Notes: generated by a model not told the origin, from the letters alone. DNA of 64,000 nt from Alphaproteobacteria bacterium (GCA_016869275.1 VGEO01000006.1:8251-72250), one strand, 5' to 3'; counted from the first letter of the stretch, positions 18,161 to 28,710 are shown. Numbers and translations: made by a program.

Positions 18161-19297
18161 TTAACTACAGCCCCCACCACCATTCGCTCGGCAGCCGGCG
18201 GCGGCGTGGTTCGGATCGCCGCAAGCATAGCCAAAAATCGTCCGCCGTTCGAAGGCAAACCCCGTTCCCGGCGCCGTTATTCCCGGCCGCCCGCCGCCGC
18301 CTTCACGACTTCTTGATATCGACCACGCCGCCGGTCGAGGAGCGACCGAGCGCGCGCGCGCCGCCTGATCGCCGCGGAAGCCCGTGGTCCGGGTCGGGGT
18401 CGCCGGGAAAATCCCCTGCGGCCGGAACACCATCAGCGCCACCAGGATCACGCCGTAGAGCGCCAGGCGCCAGCGCGGATCGTCGGTAGTGGTGATCCAG
18501 GGCAACCACCACACGATCGCACCGCCGATGATCGTGCCCCAGAAGGTGCGGAGGCCCCCGAGGAGCGGCGCCAGCACGAAGTTGATCGACATGAGGATGC
18601 TGAACTCGGGCGGCGTCAAAATGGTGACGCGGTGGGCGTGCAGGCAGCCGGCGAGCCCGGTGCAGAACCCGGCGAACAGCCACGCCAGGAGCTTGGTGCG
18701 GGCGACGTTGATCCCCATCGCGCCGGCCACCGTCGGGTTGTCGCGGATCGCGCGCATGGCGAGACCGAAGCGCGACTGCTCGAGCCGCCACACCGCGAAC
18801 ATGACCAAACCCAAGATGATGAACACGTGGTACCACTTGGTCGCGAGCGGAATGCCGTGGAATCCGAGCGCGGCACCCAGGTAATCCGAATTGAGCGCCA
18901 GCGTCTGTAACGCCTCGGTAATCGCGAAGGTACCGATCGCCAGATAGAACAGCGTCAACCGCAAGCCGACCAAGTACCAGAATACGAAGCCGGTCAGCAT
19001 GCCGGCGAGCCCGGCGGCCAGCAGCGCGACGTAGAACGAGAGCCCGAGTTTGACGCTGACGATGCCGGCGATGTAGGCGGACACGCCGACAATGCCGGCA
19101 TGGCCGAGCGACACCTGGCCGGCGAAGAACAGGACGTAAAGCCCGAGCGCGCTGATCAGATAGAGCGAATAGTCGGTCAGCAGGTCGAACAGGAACGCCC
19201 ACGTGACCCCCGTGTAGTGGAGGTAGAGGTCGCGCCAGATCTTCTGGAGATCGATGTCGCCGAAGCGCGCGAGAAAATCTGCCGAAATCGGATCCAT
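18161..19297 (-). CDS. livM: Branched-chain-type ABC permease (LivM family)
   Basis: 378-aa ORF with multiple TM segments and a LivM-like core (GQVSLGHAGIVGVSAY ... FRPQGIF). The last roughly 80 aa are low-complexity Gly/Arg/Ala, so the C-terminal boundary is uncertain. The symbol is family-level only. Confidence 0.8.
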   Translation of the reverse strand: MDPISADFLARFGDIDLQKIWRDLYLHYTGVTWAFLFDLLTDYSLYLISALGLYVLFFAGQVSLGHAGIVGVSAYIAGIVSVKLGLSFYVALLAAGLAGMLTGFVFWYLVGLRLTLFYLAIGTFAITEALQTLALNSDYLGAALGFHGIPLATKWYHVFIILGLVMFAVWRLEQSRFGLAMRAIRDNPTVAGAMGINVARTKLLAWLFAGFCTGLAGCLHAHRVTILTPPEFSILMSINFVLAPLLGGLRTFWGTIIGGAIVWWLPWITTTDDPRWRLALYGVILVALMVFRPQGIFPATPTRTTGFRGDQAARARSVAPRPAAWSISRSREGGGGRPGITAPGTGFAFERRTIFGYACGDPNHAAAGCRANGGGGCS

Positions 19298-19303
19298 AAC
19301 CGC

Positions 19304-20218
19304 CTATACCTCGCGCTGGACGCGGCCTTCTTCGCCGAACAAGCCCCACGGCCGGAACACCAGCACCAACACCATGCCCGAGTAGGCGATGAAGTCGCGG
19401 TAGGTCGACTCGCCCAACCCGACCGAAAGCGACTCGATGACGCCGAGCAGCATCCCGACCCACAGGCAGCCGCGCATATTGCCGATACCGGCGACAATCA
19501 AGACGACGATGCCCTTCAGGATCAACTGGAAGCCGATGAACGAATAGGTCGAGCCGAACGTGACGCCGTTCAAGATCCCGGCGATGCCGGCGAGCGTCGC
19601 GCTCACCGCGAAACCGACCACGATCGTGCGCTTGACGTCGATGCCGACGCAGCGGGCGATGTCGGGGCTCTGCGCCACCACCCGGATCGCCTTGCCGGTC
19701 GCGGTGCGGTAGAGAAACAGCACCATGCCGACCACCATCAAGATCGAGAGCGCGATCAGCATGAGCTGGATATTCGAAATTTCGATCAGCGTGCCGCCCG
19801 GCGTTTTGATGTCGCCGTAGACGACGTAGTAGACCGGGTTGAACGGGCGCGGATAGAGCTGCGGCCGCCCTTCGGTGATGACGGTGACCAGGTTTTCGAG
19901 CACGAACGCCATGCCGATGGTGGCGATCTTGGTGTTCCACCAATTACCCTTCATCGGCCGCACCGCCACCCGCTCGACCAGAAGCCCGGTCAGGAAGGCG
20001 AGCACGATGCCGACCGCGCAGCCGATCCAGAAATTCTCGACCCCGACGTAGTAGCTGAGCAGCACGCCGAACGAGCCGATCATGATCGCCGAGCCGTGCG
20101 CCATGTTGAGCACGTTCATGGTGCCGAAGATCAAGTTGAGGCCGACCGCGATGATCGCGTAGATCGCGCCGGTGGCGATCCCGATCAGTACCTGTTCGAC
20201 CAGAAAGCCGAACTGCAT
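19304..20218 (-). CDS. livH: Branched-chain-type ABC permease (LivH family)
   Basis: 304-aa ORF with a LivH-like N-terminus MQFGFLVEQVLIGIATGAIYAIIAVGLNLIFGTMNVLNMAHG and ending FRPWGLFGEE. The symbol is family-level only. Confidence 0.9.
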   Translation of the reverse strand: MQFGFLVEQVLIGIATGAIYAIIAVGLNLIFGTMNVLNMAHGSAIMIGSFGVLLSYYVGVENFWIGCAVGIVLAFLTGLLVERVAVRPMKGNWWNTKIATIGMAFVLENLVTVITEGRPQLYPRPFNPVYYVVYGDIKTPGGTLIEISNIQLMLIALSILMVVGMVLFLYRTATGKAIRVVAQSPDIARCVGIDVKRTIVVGFAVSATLAGIAGILNGVTFGSTYSFIGFQLILKGIVVLIVAGIGNMRGCLWVGMLLGVIESLSVGLGESTYRDFIAYSGMVLVLVFRPWGLFGEEGRVQREV

Positions 20219-20229
20219 GGCGGTCTCCG

Positions 20230-20970
<741 letters not shown>

Positions 20971-20980
20971 GGCTGCGCTC

Positions 20981-21751
20981 CTACTCGCCCAGGTACGCTT
21001 GGATCACGGCCGGATCGGCACGCACCTGATCGGGCGTGCCCTCGGAGATCTTCTTGCCTTCGTTCAAGACCACCACCCACTCCGAAATCTGCATCACCAC
21101 CGACATCTTGTGCTCGATGAACAGGATGGTCTTGCCGCGTTTGCGGATCTCCTCGATCAGCGCCAGCGTCTCCTTGATCCAGACCGGGTTCATGCCCTGG
21201 GTCGGTTCATCGAGCATGATGAGGTCGGGATCGAGCGCCAGGATGCGAATCATCTCGAGCATACGCTGCTCGCCGAGCGAACAGGTATGCGGGTAGTCGT
21301 GGCGGCGCTCATACATCTGTCCGCCGCCGACTTCCTTGAAGAGCACCTCGGCGCGCGCGCGGACGCGGGCCCGCTCGGCACGTTCGGCCGGGAGGCAAAA
21401 CAGCGCGTCCCAAAACGTCGTCTTACTGCCGATGTACTGCGGTACTTCGCAGTTCTGCTGCAGCGTCATGTTCGGGAACAAGCGCGCCTGCTGAAACGAT
21501 CGCCCGACCCCGAGTGCGGCAATTTCGTGCGGCCCCATTTCGCCGAGATCGCGGCCCTTGAACTGCACGGCGCCCGAGTCGGGCTTCAAGAGCCCGGAGA
21601 TCATGTTGAAGGCCGTGGTCTTGCCCGAACCGTTCGGGCCGATCAGGCAGAATACCTGCCCCTTCTTGACGTCGAAGCTGACGCCGCTCACGGCGACGAG
21701 GCCACCGAAGCGCTTGGTCAGTCCTTGGACACTCAACAACGTTTCAGCCAT
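20981..21751 (-). CDS. livG: ABC transporter ATP-binding protein (LivG type)
   Basis: 256-aa ORF with Walker A GPNGSGKTT, signature-like CSLGEQRMLE, Walker B IMLDEPT and H-loop FIEHKM. Confidence 0.92.
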   Translation of the reverse strand: MAETLLSVQGLTKRFGGLVAVSGVSFDVKKGQVFCLIGPNGSGKTTAFNMISGLLKPDSGAVQFKGRDLGEMGPHEIAALGVGRSFQQARLFPNMTLQQNCEVPQYIGSKTTFWDALFCLPAERAERARVRARAEVLFKEVGGGQMYERRHDYPHTCSLGEQRMLEMIRILALDPDLIMLDEPTQGMNPVWIKETLALIEEIRKRGKTILFIEHKMSVVMQISEWVVVLNEGKKISEGTPDQVRADPAVIQAYLGE

Positions 21752-21963
21752 GCGTTCCTACGAATACCGGCGACTGGCAGCCACGATCATACCGGCGCGA
21801 AACCGGCCGCGATCTCGCTCGCTCAGTGGTTTTGAAAGACTCCCTCCCCAACGCCGCGCGTCGATCCTCTATCACTGGGACCGTTCGCGCGTCCGCATCA
21901 TGATCGGGTCGGCACCCCGTTGCAAGCTTGGATCGCAGCCGCCCCGATCGCGTCGCGCGCGCC

Positions 21964-23103
21964 TTATGGATTCCAACGTTCGAGGAGGCCGTCGTCGCCG
22001 AGCTTGACCAGGATCGGTTCGCTGCGGACGACGTCGCCGGGTCTGGTCCACGTGATCTTGCCGGAGATGGTCTCGAGTTCACGCACCGCCGCGAACGCGT
22101 CGCGGATATCCTCGCGGCCCATGCCCTTCGCGTTGTTGAGGACGTGCGCCAGAATCAGCACCGCATCGTAGTACGCGGTCTCGAACGCATCGGGCGCTTC
22201 CTTGGTCTTGCCGGTGCGCTCGCGCCAGGTCTTGACCCAATCCTGCACCAGCGGACGATCGTCCGTCGCGGCGTAAACGGCGTAGCCGACCGAGCCTTTG
22301 GCCTTGCCCTGCGAGAGCTTCCAATAGTCGGCACCGCCGATGATGACGTCGGTCACGATCTGCTGATTTATGCCGCGCTCGCGCAACTGCAGCAGGAAGG
22401 TACCGGCGTCGTACGGCTGATGGATCATGATGATCGCATCCGGATTGAGCGCCCGTTGCGCCGCGACCTGGGCCGCGAAGTTGGTTTCGCGGGTCTTGAA
22501 GGTCGTTTCGCCGACGACCTTGATCCCCTTTTCCTCGAGGATCTTGCGGGCGGCGCGCATGTTGTAGGCGGTCGCTTCGTCGTCGAGCGTGTAGGACAGC
22601 GAGACCGTCTTGATATTGAACGCCTTCTTAGACTTGTCGTAGAGGATCGGCAGGACGTCGTCCGGCATCGGCTGGTAGCGGAACATCCAGCCGGCGAAAT
22701 CGGGCTGCGGCCAGTGGCCTCCCGAGGACGGGTTGAACACGGTGACGCCGCAGCGCTTGGTGTCCTCGTAGATGGCGAGAAAGCTCTTGGTCGCGCCGAC
22801 GCCCATCACCACCGGAACGTTCTTGTCCTCGCACAGCCGTCGGAACTCGGCAATCCACTGCGCGGTTTCCGGAAAGCGCGTATCGACTTTGTAGAATTCG
22901 AGCTTTTTGCCCCTGATACCGCCCTTCTTGTTGACGTGCTCGACGGCTGGCAGGACGCCGTTGTTCCAGACGCGCTCGCCGAACTCGATCGCTGGGCCGC
23001 TGAAAACGTAGGGGAACGGCAACCGGAACGTGTCTTGCGCCGAGGCCGTCCCGACCGCCGTCAACAGCGCGCCGGCCGCTAAAACAGTACCGATTAATCG
23101 CAT
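21964..23103 (-). CDS. LivK-type substrate-binding protein (SBP-2)
   Basis: Track ORF 21964-23139. I prefer ATG 23103 (MRLIGTVLAAGALLTAVGTASAQ), preceded by AAGGGGAGGG. It shares long identical blocks with SBP-1 and SBP-3 (LEFYKVDTRFPETA, AEFRRLC, RETNFAAQVA, LLQLRERGI). Confidence 0.9.
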   Translation of the reverse strand: MRLIGTVLAAGALLTAVGTASAQDTFRLPFPYVFSGPAIEFGERVWNNGVLPAVEHVNKKGGIRGKKLEFYKVDTRFPETAQWIAEFRRLCEDKNVPVVMGVGATKSFLAIYEDTKRCGVTVFNPSSGGHWPQPDFAGWMFRYQPMPDDVLPILYDKSKKAFNIKTVSLSYTLDDEATAYNMRAARKILEEKGIKVVGETTFKTRETNFAAQVAAQRALNPDAIIMIHQPYDAGTFLLQLRERGINQQIVTDVIIGGADYWKLSQGKAKGSVGYAVYAATDDRPLVQDWVKTWRERTGKTKEAPDAFETAYYDAVLILAHVLNNAKGMGREDIRDAFAAVRELETISGKITWTRPGDVVRSEPILVKLGDDGLLERWNP

Positions 23104-23169
23104 CGAACCCTCCCCTTGAGCCGTGATTGCGCCGGACACTAGCCAAAGCGCTCGGCGTTGGCCAGCATC

Positions 23170-23203
23170 AAAAAAAAGCCCCCGGGCGACGCCGTCCGGG
23201 GGC
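23170..23203 (-). terminator. Rho-independent terminator after SBP-3
   Basis: 8-bp GC stem GCCCCCGG/CCGGGGGC (23178-23185 and 23196-23203), followed on the minus strand by a run of 8 T (23170-23177). It starts 22 nt after the SBP-3 stop. Confidence 0.85.
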
Positions 23204-23224
23204 CAGACCGTTAAACGCCGAGCG

Positions 23225-24379
23225 TCAGTTCGGCCACTTCTTGAGGACGCCGTTGTCGCTGACCTGCACCAGGACCGCCTCCGAGCGCACGGTGTCGCCG
23301 ACCTCGGGCCAGCTGATCTTGCCGCTCACCGACTCGCGATCCTTGATCTTCAAGAACGCATCGCGGATCTGCTTGCGGTCGTTGATGTCCTTCGCGGCGC
23401 GCAGCACGTCGGCCAAGATGAAAGTGCCTTCGAAGTAGGCGGTGACGAAGCCGTCGGGGGCATCGTTCGGGCGCTTGGTGGTCTCGCGCCAGAGCTTGAG
23501 CCAGTTCTGGACGATCGGGCGCGGATCGTCGGCCGCGTAGGTCGCGTAGCCGATGGCGCCCTTGGCCTTGCCTTGCGACAGTTTCCAGAAGTCCTCGCCG
23601 GCGACGATGGCGTCGGCCAACGCCTGGCCCTGAACGCCGCGGTCGCGGAGCTGCAGCAGGAACGTCCCGGCATCCCACGGCTGGTGCAGGAGCAGCATCG
23701 CATCCGGATTGGCGGCGCGGTAGTTGGCAACCTGGGAGGCGAAATTGGTCTCCTTGGTCTTGAACGACGCTTCCGACACGACCTTGACGCCGGCCTTGTC
23801 GAGCGTGGCGCGGGCGATCCTGATGTTGTTGACGGCGAAATCATCGTCGAGCGTGTGGGACAGCGCGATCGTCTTGAGATTGAGCTTGTCCTTCACCGCC
23901 ATCAGCATGGTCGGGATGGTTTTGTCCGGGTTCGGCTGATAGCGGAACAGCCAGCCGCCGAAGTCCGGGAACGGCCACGAGCCGGCCGAGGACGGGTTGA
24001 AGCCGGGCATGCCGCACTTCTTCAGATCCTCGAAGATCGAAATCGTGGTCTTGGTGGCGCCGATGCCGTAGAGGATCGGAATGTTGTTGTCGGCGCAGAG
24101 CCGGCGGAATTCGGCGAGGAACGCCGCCGTATCCGGGAATTTGTTGTCGACCTTGTAGAACTCGAGCGGCCGGCCGTTGATGCCGCCTTGCTGCTCGTTG
24201 ATGATCTTGAGCGCCGGCAATACGCCCTCGCGCCACATGCGCTCGCCGAAATCGACGGCGATGCCGCTGAACGTTTGAATGAACGGCAGCCGAACCGGCT
24301 CCTTCGACTGCGCCAGTCCGTCCGCGGCACCGGCCGTCAAGACGGCAAGCGCCGATGCCAACCCCAGCAACTTCTTCAT
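23225..24379 (-). CDS. LivK-type substrate-binding protein (SBP-3)
   Basis: Track ORF 23225-24469. I prefer ATG 24379 (MKKLLGLASALAVLTAGAADGLAQ), preceded by GGGAGG. Paralog of SBP-1 and SBP-2. Confidence 0.9.
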   Translation of the reverse strand: MKKLLGLASALAVLTAGAADGLAQSKEPVRLPFIQTFSGIAVDFGERMWREGVLPALKIINEQQGGINGRPLEFYKVDNKFPDTAAFLAEFRRLCADNNIPILYGIGATKTTISIFEDLKKCGMPGFNPSSAGSWPFPDFGGWLFRYQPNPDKTIPTMLMAVKDKLNLKTIALSHTLDDDFAVNNIRIARATLDKAGVKVVSEASFKTKETNFASQVANYRAANPDAMLLLHQPWDAGTFLLQLRDRGVQGQALADAIVAGEDFWKLSQGKAKGAIGYATYAADDPRPIVQNWLKLWRETTKRPNDAPDGFVTAYFEGTFILADVLRAAKDINDRKQIRDAFLKIKDRESVSGKISWPEVGDTVRSEAVLVQVSDNGVLKKWPN

Positions 24380-24475
24380 GTTCGACCTCCCAGGACGAAA
24401 GTGGTGTGACCCTCCGCCTCCGCGGGCGGAACGTGGTCGGATTTTACCCGAATGTGGCCATGCCACCAAACACGA

Positions 24476-25303
24476 CTACCGGCTTAGAAATTCCATCACG
24501 TCCCGGTTGAAGCGGTCGGCGTGCTCCGACATCGGCAAATGGCCGCACTTCTCGTAAATCTTGAGCTCGGCGCGCGGCATCTTCTTGTGGCCGGCGACCG
24601 TCAGCTCCCACGACGAGCGGATGTCCTCGCGCCCGGTGATGATGAGGGTATTGGCCTTGATCTGGTCGAGACGGTGATAAACCCGCCACTCTTTCGAATC
24701 GACGCTCTTGATCATGCCCTCGATGGTGGCGAGGTAGGCCGGCAGTCGGTCGGGCATCGCGTACGAGGTCATTTGCGGCAGCAGCATCTCCTCGACCACG
24801 GTCTTGGGGTCGTAACAGATGTTGCCGAGACGCTGGCGACACACTTCCCAAGTCGGGTTCTCCATCGCTTTGGAGCCGTTGGCGCGCGCGCCCTGGAGCG
24901 TCTTTATCTGCTCTTCGGGCGGATGAAAGGTCGAGCCCGAGCCGACCAGAATCAACTTGTCGATCCGGTCGGGGCGCGTGAAGTACATGAGCGAGGCCAG
25001 CAGCGCGCCGTAGGAGCTGCCGACTACCGAGTACTTCTTGGCCCCGACGTGATCCATCAGCGCATTCAGGTGCTCGACCGCGGCCTGCTGCGGCGTACGG
25101 CCTTTGAAGTCGACCGCGGCGGTGAAGCCATGACAGACGATGTCGGGGGCGATCACGGCGAACTTCTCGGCGCAGTAGTCGATGTTGTGGAACCACATGT
25201 CGCCCGACGCGCCGACCCCGTGCACCATCAGAAAGGTCGGACCGCTGCCCTCGTGCAAGTAGCGGGTCTTGATTCCGGCGACGGTATCGAACTTACAACG
25301 CAT
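24476..25303 (-). CDS. Alpha/beta hydrolase (meta-cleavage-product hydrolase-like), paralog 3
   Basis: 275-aa ORF: MRCKFDTVAGIKTRYLHEG, MVHGVGASG, nucleophile elbow VGSSYGA and KCGHLPMSE. Confidence 0.88.
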   Translation of the reverse strand: MRCKFDTVAGIKTRYLHEGSGPTFLMVHGVGASGDMWFHNIDYCAEKFAVIAPDIVCHGFTAAVDFKGRTPQQAAVEHLNALMDHVGAKKYSVVGSSYGALLASLMYFTRPDRIDKLILVGSGSTFHPPEEQIKTLQGARANGSKAMENPTWEVCRQRLGNICYDPKTVVEEMLLPQMTSYAMPDRLPAYLATIEGMIKSVDSKEWRVYHRLDQIKANTLIITGREDIRSSWELTVAGHKKMPRAELKIYEKCGHLPMSEHADRFNRDVMEFLSR

Positions 25304-25310
25304 TCATCGT

Positions 25311-25343
25311 CTCCCAAGAAAGATCGCCGGGACAAGCCCGGCG
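25311..25343 (-). terminator. Intra-operon hairpin with U-rich tail (candidate attenuator/partial terminator) between VOC-2 and hydrolase-3
   Basis: 7-bp stem CGCCGGG/CCCGGCG (25325-25331 and 25337-25343) with loop ACAAG. On the minus strand it is followed by AUCUUUCUU, which runs into the GGGAGA RBS of the hydrolase gene. Confidence 0.4.
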
Positions 25344-25408
25344 AAGACGTCCGCTCGTTCGTCAGGTGCGGGGGTAGAACCCTCGCCTTCGCGTCCAGCT
25401 ACGACCGG

Positions 25409-26419
25409 TTAGAGCAGATAGGCGCGCTCGGTAGCGTCGGCCTTTTCGATCACGGCGAAATCGAGCTTACGCGGCGCCACGAACTCGCACAGCATCCCGT
25501 CCGGATCGCGGACGAAGATCGACCGCTTGAGCGGGCCATCGATTTTCTTTTCGATCGCGATCCCGTCCTTGGCGAGCGCCCGCTCGGCGGCGTCGATCTC
25601 CTTCTCGCTCACTACTTCGTAGGTGTAATGGTGCACCGTCGGCTTGGCGGCGCGATCCTGCTTGACGAGCGTGATGTCGACGCCGTGGTTGGCGTGCGGA
25701 CCGGCGAAGCTCACATACGTGCCGTCCTTCGAACGGTAGACGACCTTGAGCCCGGCGGTCTCGCCGTAGAACTGCACCATCTTGTCGAAATTCTTGGTCA
25801 GCAGCACGGCGCTGGTGAAGCGGATGGTGTGGACGCGGGCGTCCTCGACGCGGCGCAGCTCGAACTTGATGTGGTAGCGGCCTTCGCTCAGCCAGTTGCC
25901 GGCATCCGGGTCCCAGTTGCCGGTGATAGCCGGTCCTTCCTGGCTGTTGAAGACAGTACGCCAGTTGTCGAGCATGTCGGCGTAGAACTCGTGCAGGTTG
26001 CCGTCGGGGTCGAACATGTAGATCGAGTGCGAGAGCTGGTGATCGACCTTGCGATGGACCTCGAGCCCGGCGGCGGCGGCGCGCTTGTAGGCCAGCGCGA
26101 GATCGCGTTCGCACTCCATCTCCCACCCGAAGTGGTTGAGCCCGGCTTCGAGCCCGCGCCCGTGCGGGATCTGGACGTGGCCGTCGCGGCCGACCACGGT
26201 CTTGCCCTTCGGGATCTGGATCAGGCCCAAATCGTGGTGGGTGTTGCCGTTCGAGAGGAATCCGGCCGGAATGTGCGGCTCGCGGAACACCGGCTCGAAG
26301 CCGGCGATCTTGTTATAGAAGTGCATCGAACGCTCGAGTTCGCCGACGAACAGGTTGGCGTGCCCGAGGCGGCGCGGCTTGAAGGCGACGGCCGGTTGCG
26401 CTTCGGCTTGGATCGACAT
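25409..26419 (-). CDS. Two-domain VOC-superfamily protein (extradiol dioxygenase/glyoxalase-like), paralog 2
   Basis: 336-aa ORF that is collinear with VOC-1 (RRLGHANLFV, GNGNTHHDLG, HEFYAD, C-terminal ERAYLL versus ERAYLA). Confidence 0.85.
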   Translation of the reverse strand: MSIQAEAQPAVAFKPRRLGHANLFVGELERSMHFYNKIAGFEPVFREPHIPAGFLSNGNTHHDLGLIQIPKGKTVVGRDGHVQIPHGRGLEAGLNHFGWEMECERDLALAYKRAAAAGLEVHRKVDHQLSHSIYMFDPDGNLHEFYADMLDNWRTVFNSQEGPAITGNWDPDAGNWLSEGRYHIKFELRRVEDARVHTIRFTSAVLLTKNFDKMVQFYGETAGLKVVYRSKDGTYVSFAGPHANHGVDITLVKQDRAAKPTVHHYTYEVVSEKEIDAAERALAKDGIAIEKKIDGPLKRSIFVRDPDGMLCEFVAPRKLDFAVIEKADATERAYLL

Positions 26420-26468
26420 GCGGCGGTTTCCCCGTTGACGTTTAGGTGGCGGTGCGAACGCGGCGGCG

Positions 26469-27608
26469 TTACTCGGCGGCCTGTTTGGACCACGCCAGCT
26501 CGGCCGGGTTGATCTTGTAGAGATCGGCGCAAACGCTGCCGACGATCTGCTCCTGCTCCGCCGCCGTCAGGTCCTTGAGCATGCGTCCGACCGCGGAGTG
26601 CGCGTTGACCCCGACCGAGCGCACGTGCGGGAAGTCCGACCCCCACATGATGCGGTCGGCGCCGACTTCCTTGACGGCATAGGCGCCGCGCTCGTCGTCG
26701 ATCCAGCCGTACCAAGTGCGCTCTTTCAGGTAGTCGCTCGGCTTCTTCAGGTCGAGCTTGGGCAGCGTGATGCGCTTGGCGAACCCGCTCGCGATCATGT
26801 CGACGCGGAACGAGAAGTTCGGCAGCCACGAGATCTCGAACTCGCTCACCACGATCTTGAGCCTGGGATGGCGATCGAAAATCTTGCCGAAGATGAAGTC
26901 GACCGCGAGCGTGCCCTGGACCTCGTTGTAGATGTCGAGCGCGTAGCGCGGCGCCTCGGCGAGTTCCTCTTCGTTATGCGGGTGCAGCGGATCGGGAATG
27001 CGGCCGGTGATCGAGTGCAGCGTCACCGGAATCTCGGCCTCGGCGCAGCGCGCCCAGAACTTGTCGTAGATCTTGTCGCGATAGGGCTTGGTACCCTCGG
27101 GGTTGCGGCAGTTGACGCAGATGCCGGAGTAGCCGGCCTTCAACGAGCGATCGAGCTCCTTGATGCCCCACTCGACGTCGTCGCCCATCGGGATCATGGC
27201 GACGCCGAGCAGGCGCTTGCGGTCGTAGGCGAAGAAATCGCGAAGCCAGTCGTTGTAGACTTCGGCTGCCGCGCGCAGGGCCGCGAAATGCTTGCTCTGC
27301 ATGATGATGAGGCCATAGGACGGGTACAGCACCTCGGCCAGCACGTTGGCCTGACGCTGAAACTCGATCCGCTTCTCCGGCTGATAACCGGCAAGGTGGA
27401 GGCCGGTCGTCCTGTGCTCGGCATCGATGCCGCCGATTGTCAGCACTTGTGCGCCAGTATAAAAGAAGCGCCCCTTCTTTCCCCGGTATTCCGACATTTC
27501 GTGCGGAATCTCGTCGCCGAACTTGTCGCCGAGCGCTTTACGCCAAAGGTCCGTGGTCTCGAAAATGTGGGAATCGGATGAGATCATCCGGGGATAGGTC
27601 GTGGCCAC
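26469..27608 (-). CDS. Amidohydrolase-2 family protein, paralog 3
   Basis: 379-aa ORF with ISSDSHIFET, SEFEISWLPNFSFRVD and WGSDFPHVRSVGVNA. Confidence 0.9.
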   Translation of the reverse strand: MATTYPRMISSDSHIFETTDLWRKALGDKFGDEIPHEMSEYRGKKGRFFYTGAQVLTIGGIDAEHRTTGLHLAGYQPEKRIEFQRQANVLAEVLYPSYGLIIMQSKHFAALRAAAEVYNDWLRDFFAYDRKRLLGVAMIPMGDDVEWGIKELDRSLKAGYSGICVNCRNPEGTKPYRDKIYDKFWARCAEAEIPVTLHSITGRIPDPLHPHNEEELAEAPRYALDIYNEVQGTLAVDFIFGKIFDRHPRLKIVVSEFEISWLPNFSFRVDMIASGFAKRITLPKLDLKKPSDYLKERTWYGWIDDERGAYAVKEVGADRIMWGSDFPHVRSVGVNAHSAVGRMLKDLTAAEQEQIVGSVCADLYKINPAELAWSKQAAE

Positions 27609-27758
27609 GCGGGAACCCTCTCGGAAAGAGTGATGACGACAGAGGCCGCGATGCTAACACCGGCCCCTACCCGAGTCCAGGAACGAGCGTATAAGCCCTT
27701 GAATTACAAGCGGTTCGCTGTAAATCCCCGACCGCGCGGCAGCGGCGAGGCAGCGTAA

Positions 27759-28655
27759 GTGCGCTGGCGCTCGGCTCGGTTCGGCGTTGCATTGACCGCG
27801 ATCGCGTGGATCGTCGCCGCCAACCTCGCCACTTCGTTCATGCACGTCATGGTCCGGTCGGCGACCGAAAGCGGCCTGCATCCGTTCGAGGTCGCGTTCT
27901 TCCGCAACCTGTTCGGCTTCGCGGTCATGATTCCGTTCATCGTCCGGATCGGCCCGGCGGTGTTTCGCACCGGGCGGATCGATCTGCAGATCGCGCGCGC
28001 GACACTGCAGATGGTCTCGATGTGGACGTTCTTCTCGGCGCTTGGGCTCGCGCCGCTCACCGTCGTCGTCTCAACCACCTTCGCCGGTCCTCTGTTCGCG
28101 ACGATCGGCGCGATCTTGATCCTGAACGAACGCTGGAGCCGGGTGCGCGCGGTCGGCCTGATCGTCGGCTTCGTCGGCGCGCTCATCATCATCAGGCCCG
28201 GCCTCAGCGGCCTCAGCTTGGGCGCGCTCCTGGCCCTGGGGTCGGCGGCGGTGTGGTCGATGACGCTGCTCGTGATCAAGACGCTGACCCGCACCGACTC
28301 CTCCTCGACCATCATCACCCACGCCGTCATGTTCATGACCCCGATCTCGTTGGTGCCGGCGCTGTTCGTGTGGCAGTGGCCGAGCCTCGCGCAGTACGCG
28401 CTGGTGTTCGGCGTTGCGGTCGCGGCGCAGGCGAGCCAATACGCGCTCACCCAGGCGCTCCGCGGCGCCGACACTACTCAACTGATGCCATTCGAGTTCA
28501 CGCGCCTGATCTGGGCCGCGTTCCTGGGATTCTTGATCTTCGCCGAGATCCCCGATCTTTGGGCCGTCGCCGGCGGAGCACTGATTCTTTCCGGCACGCT
28601 CTATATCGCCTACCGCGAAGCCGGCCGGGCCAAGGAACCGGCGCCGCCGCGTTGA
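27759..28655 (+). CDS. DMT-superfamily (EamA-like) transporter
   Basis: 298-aa ORF with a GTG start. About 10 hydrophobic segments arranged as two EamA-like halves. It is divergent from the amidohydrolase-3 operon. Confidence 0.8.
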   Translation: MRWRSARFGVALTAIAWIVAANLATSFMHVMVRSATESGLHPFEVAFFRNLFGFAVMIPFIVRIGPAVFRTGRIDLQIARATLQMVSMWTFFSALGLAPLTVVVSTTFAGPLFATIGAILILNERWSRVRAVGLIVGFVGALIIIRPGLSGLSLGALLALGSAAVWSMTLLVIKTLTRTDSSSTIITHAVMFMTPISLVPALFVWQWPSLAQYALVFGVAVAAQASQYALTQALRGADTTQLMPFEFTRLIWAAFLGFLIFAEIPDLWAVAGGALILSGTLYIAYREAGRAKEPAPPR

Positions 28656-28710
28656 GCCGAGCGGGACGCAAGCGTAGTCTCGGAGCCAGCCGACGCAAAG
28701 GGAGGCGCCG

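Noticed and set aside
24521-26512. Very long antisense ORFs. This 663-aa one is an example; others include 8062-9279, 16753-17994, 21928-23082, 23123-24409, 32111-34003, 35673-36800, 38004-39470, 56640-58046, 59314-60825 and 62764-63945.
   Set aside because: Each lies opposite a gene with clear family motifs. Their translations are Arg/Gly/Ala/Asp/Pro-rich low-complexity sequence with no recognisable domains. Long open antisense frames are expected in high-GC DNA because stop codons are rare.
27699-27726. A sigma70-like promoter, TTGAAT-N16-TAAATC, upstream of the EamA transporter gene.
   Set aside because: It is plausible by pattern, but the spacer is 16 nt and the -10 is weak. It rests on E. 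coli consensus only, in a high-GC alphaproteobacterial-type genome. The support is not strong enough to list it as a feature.
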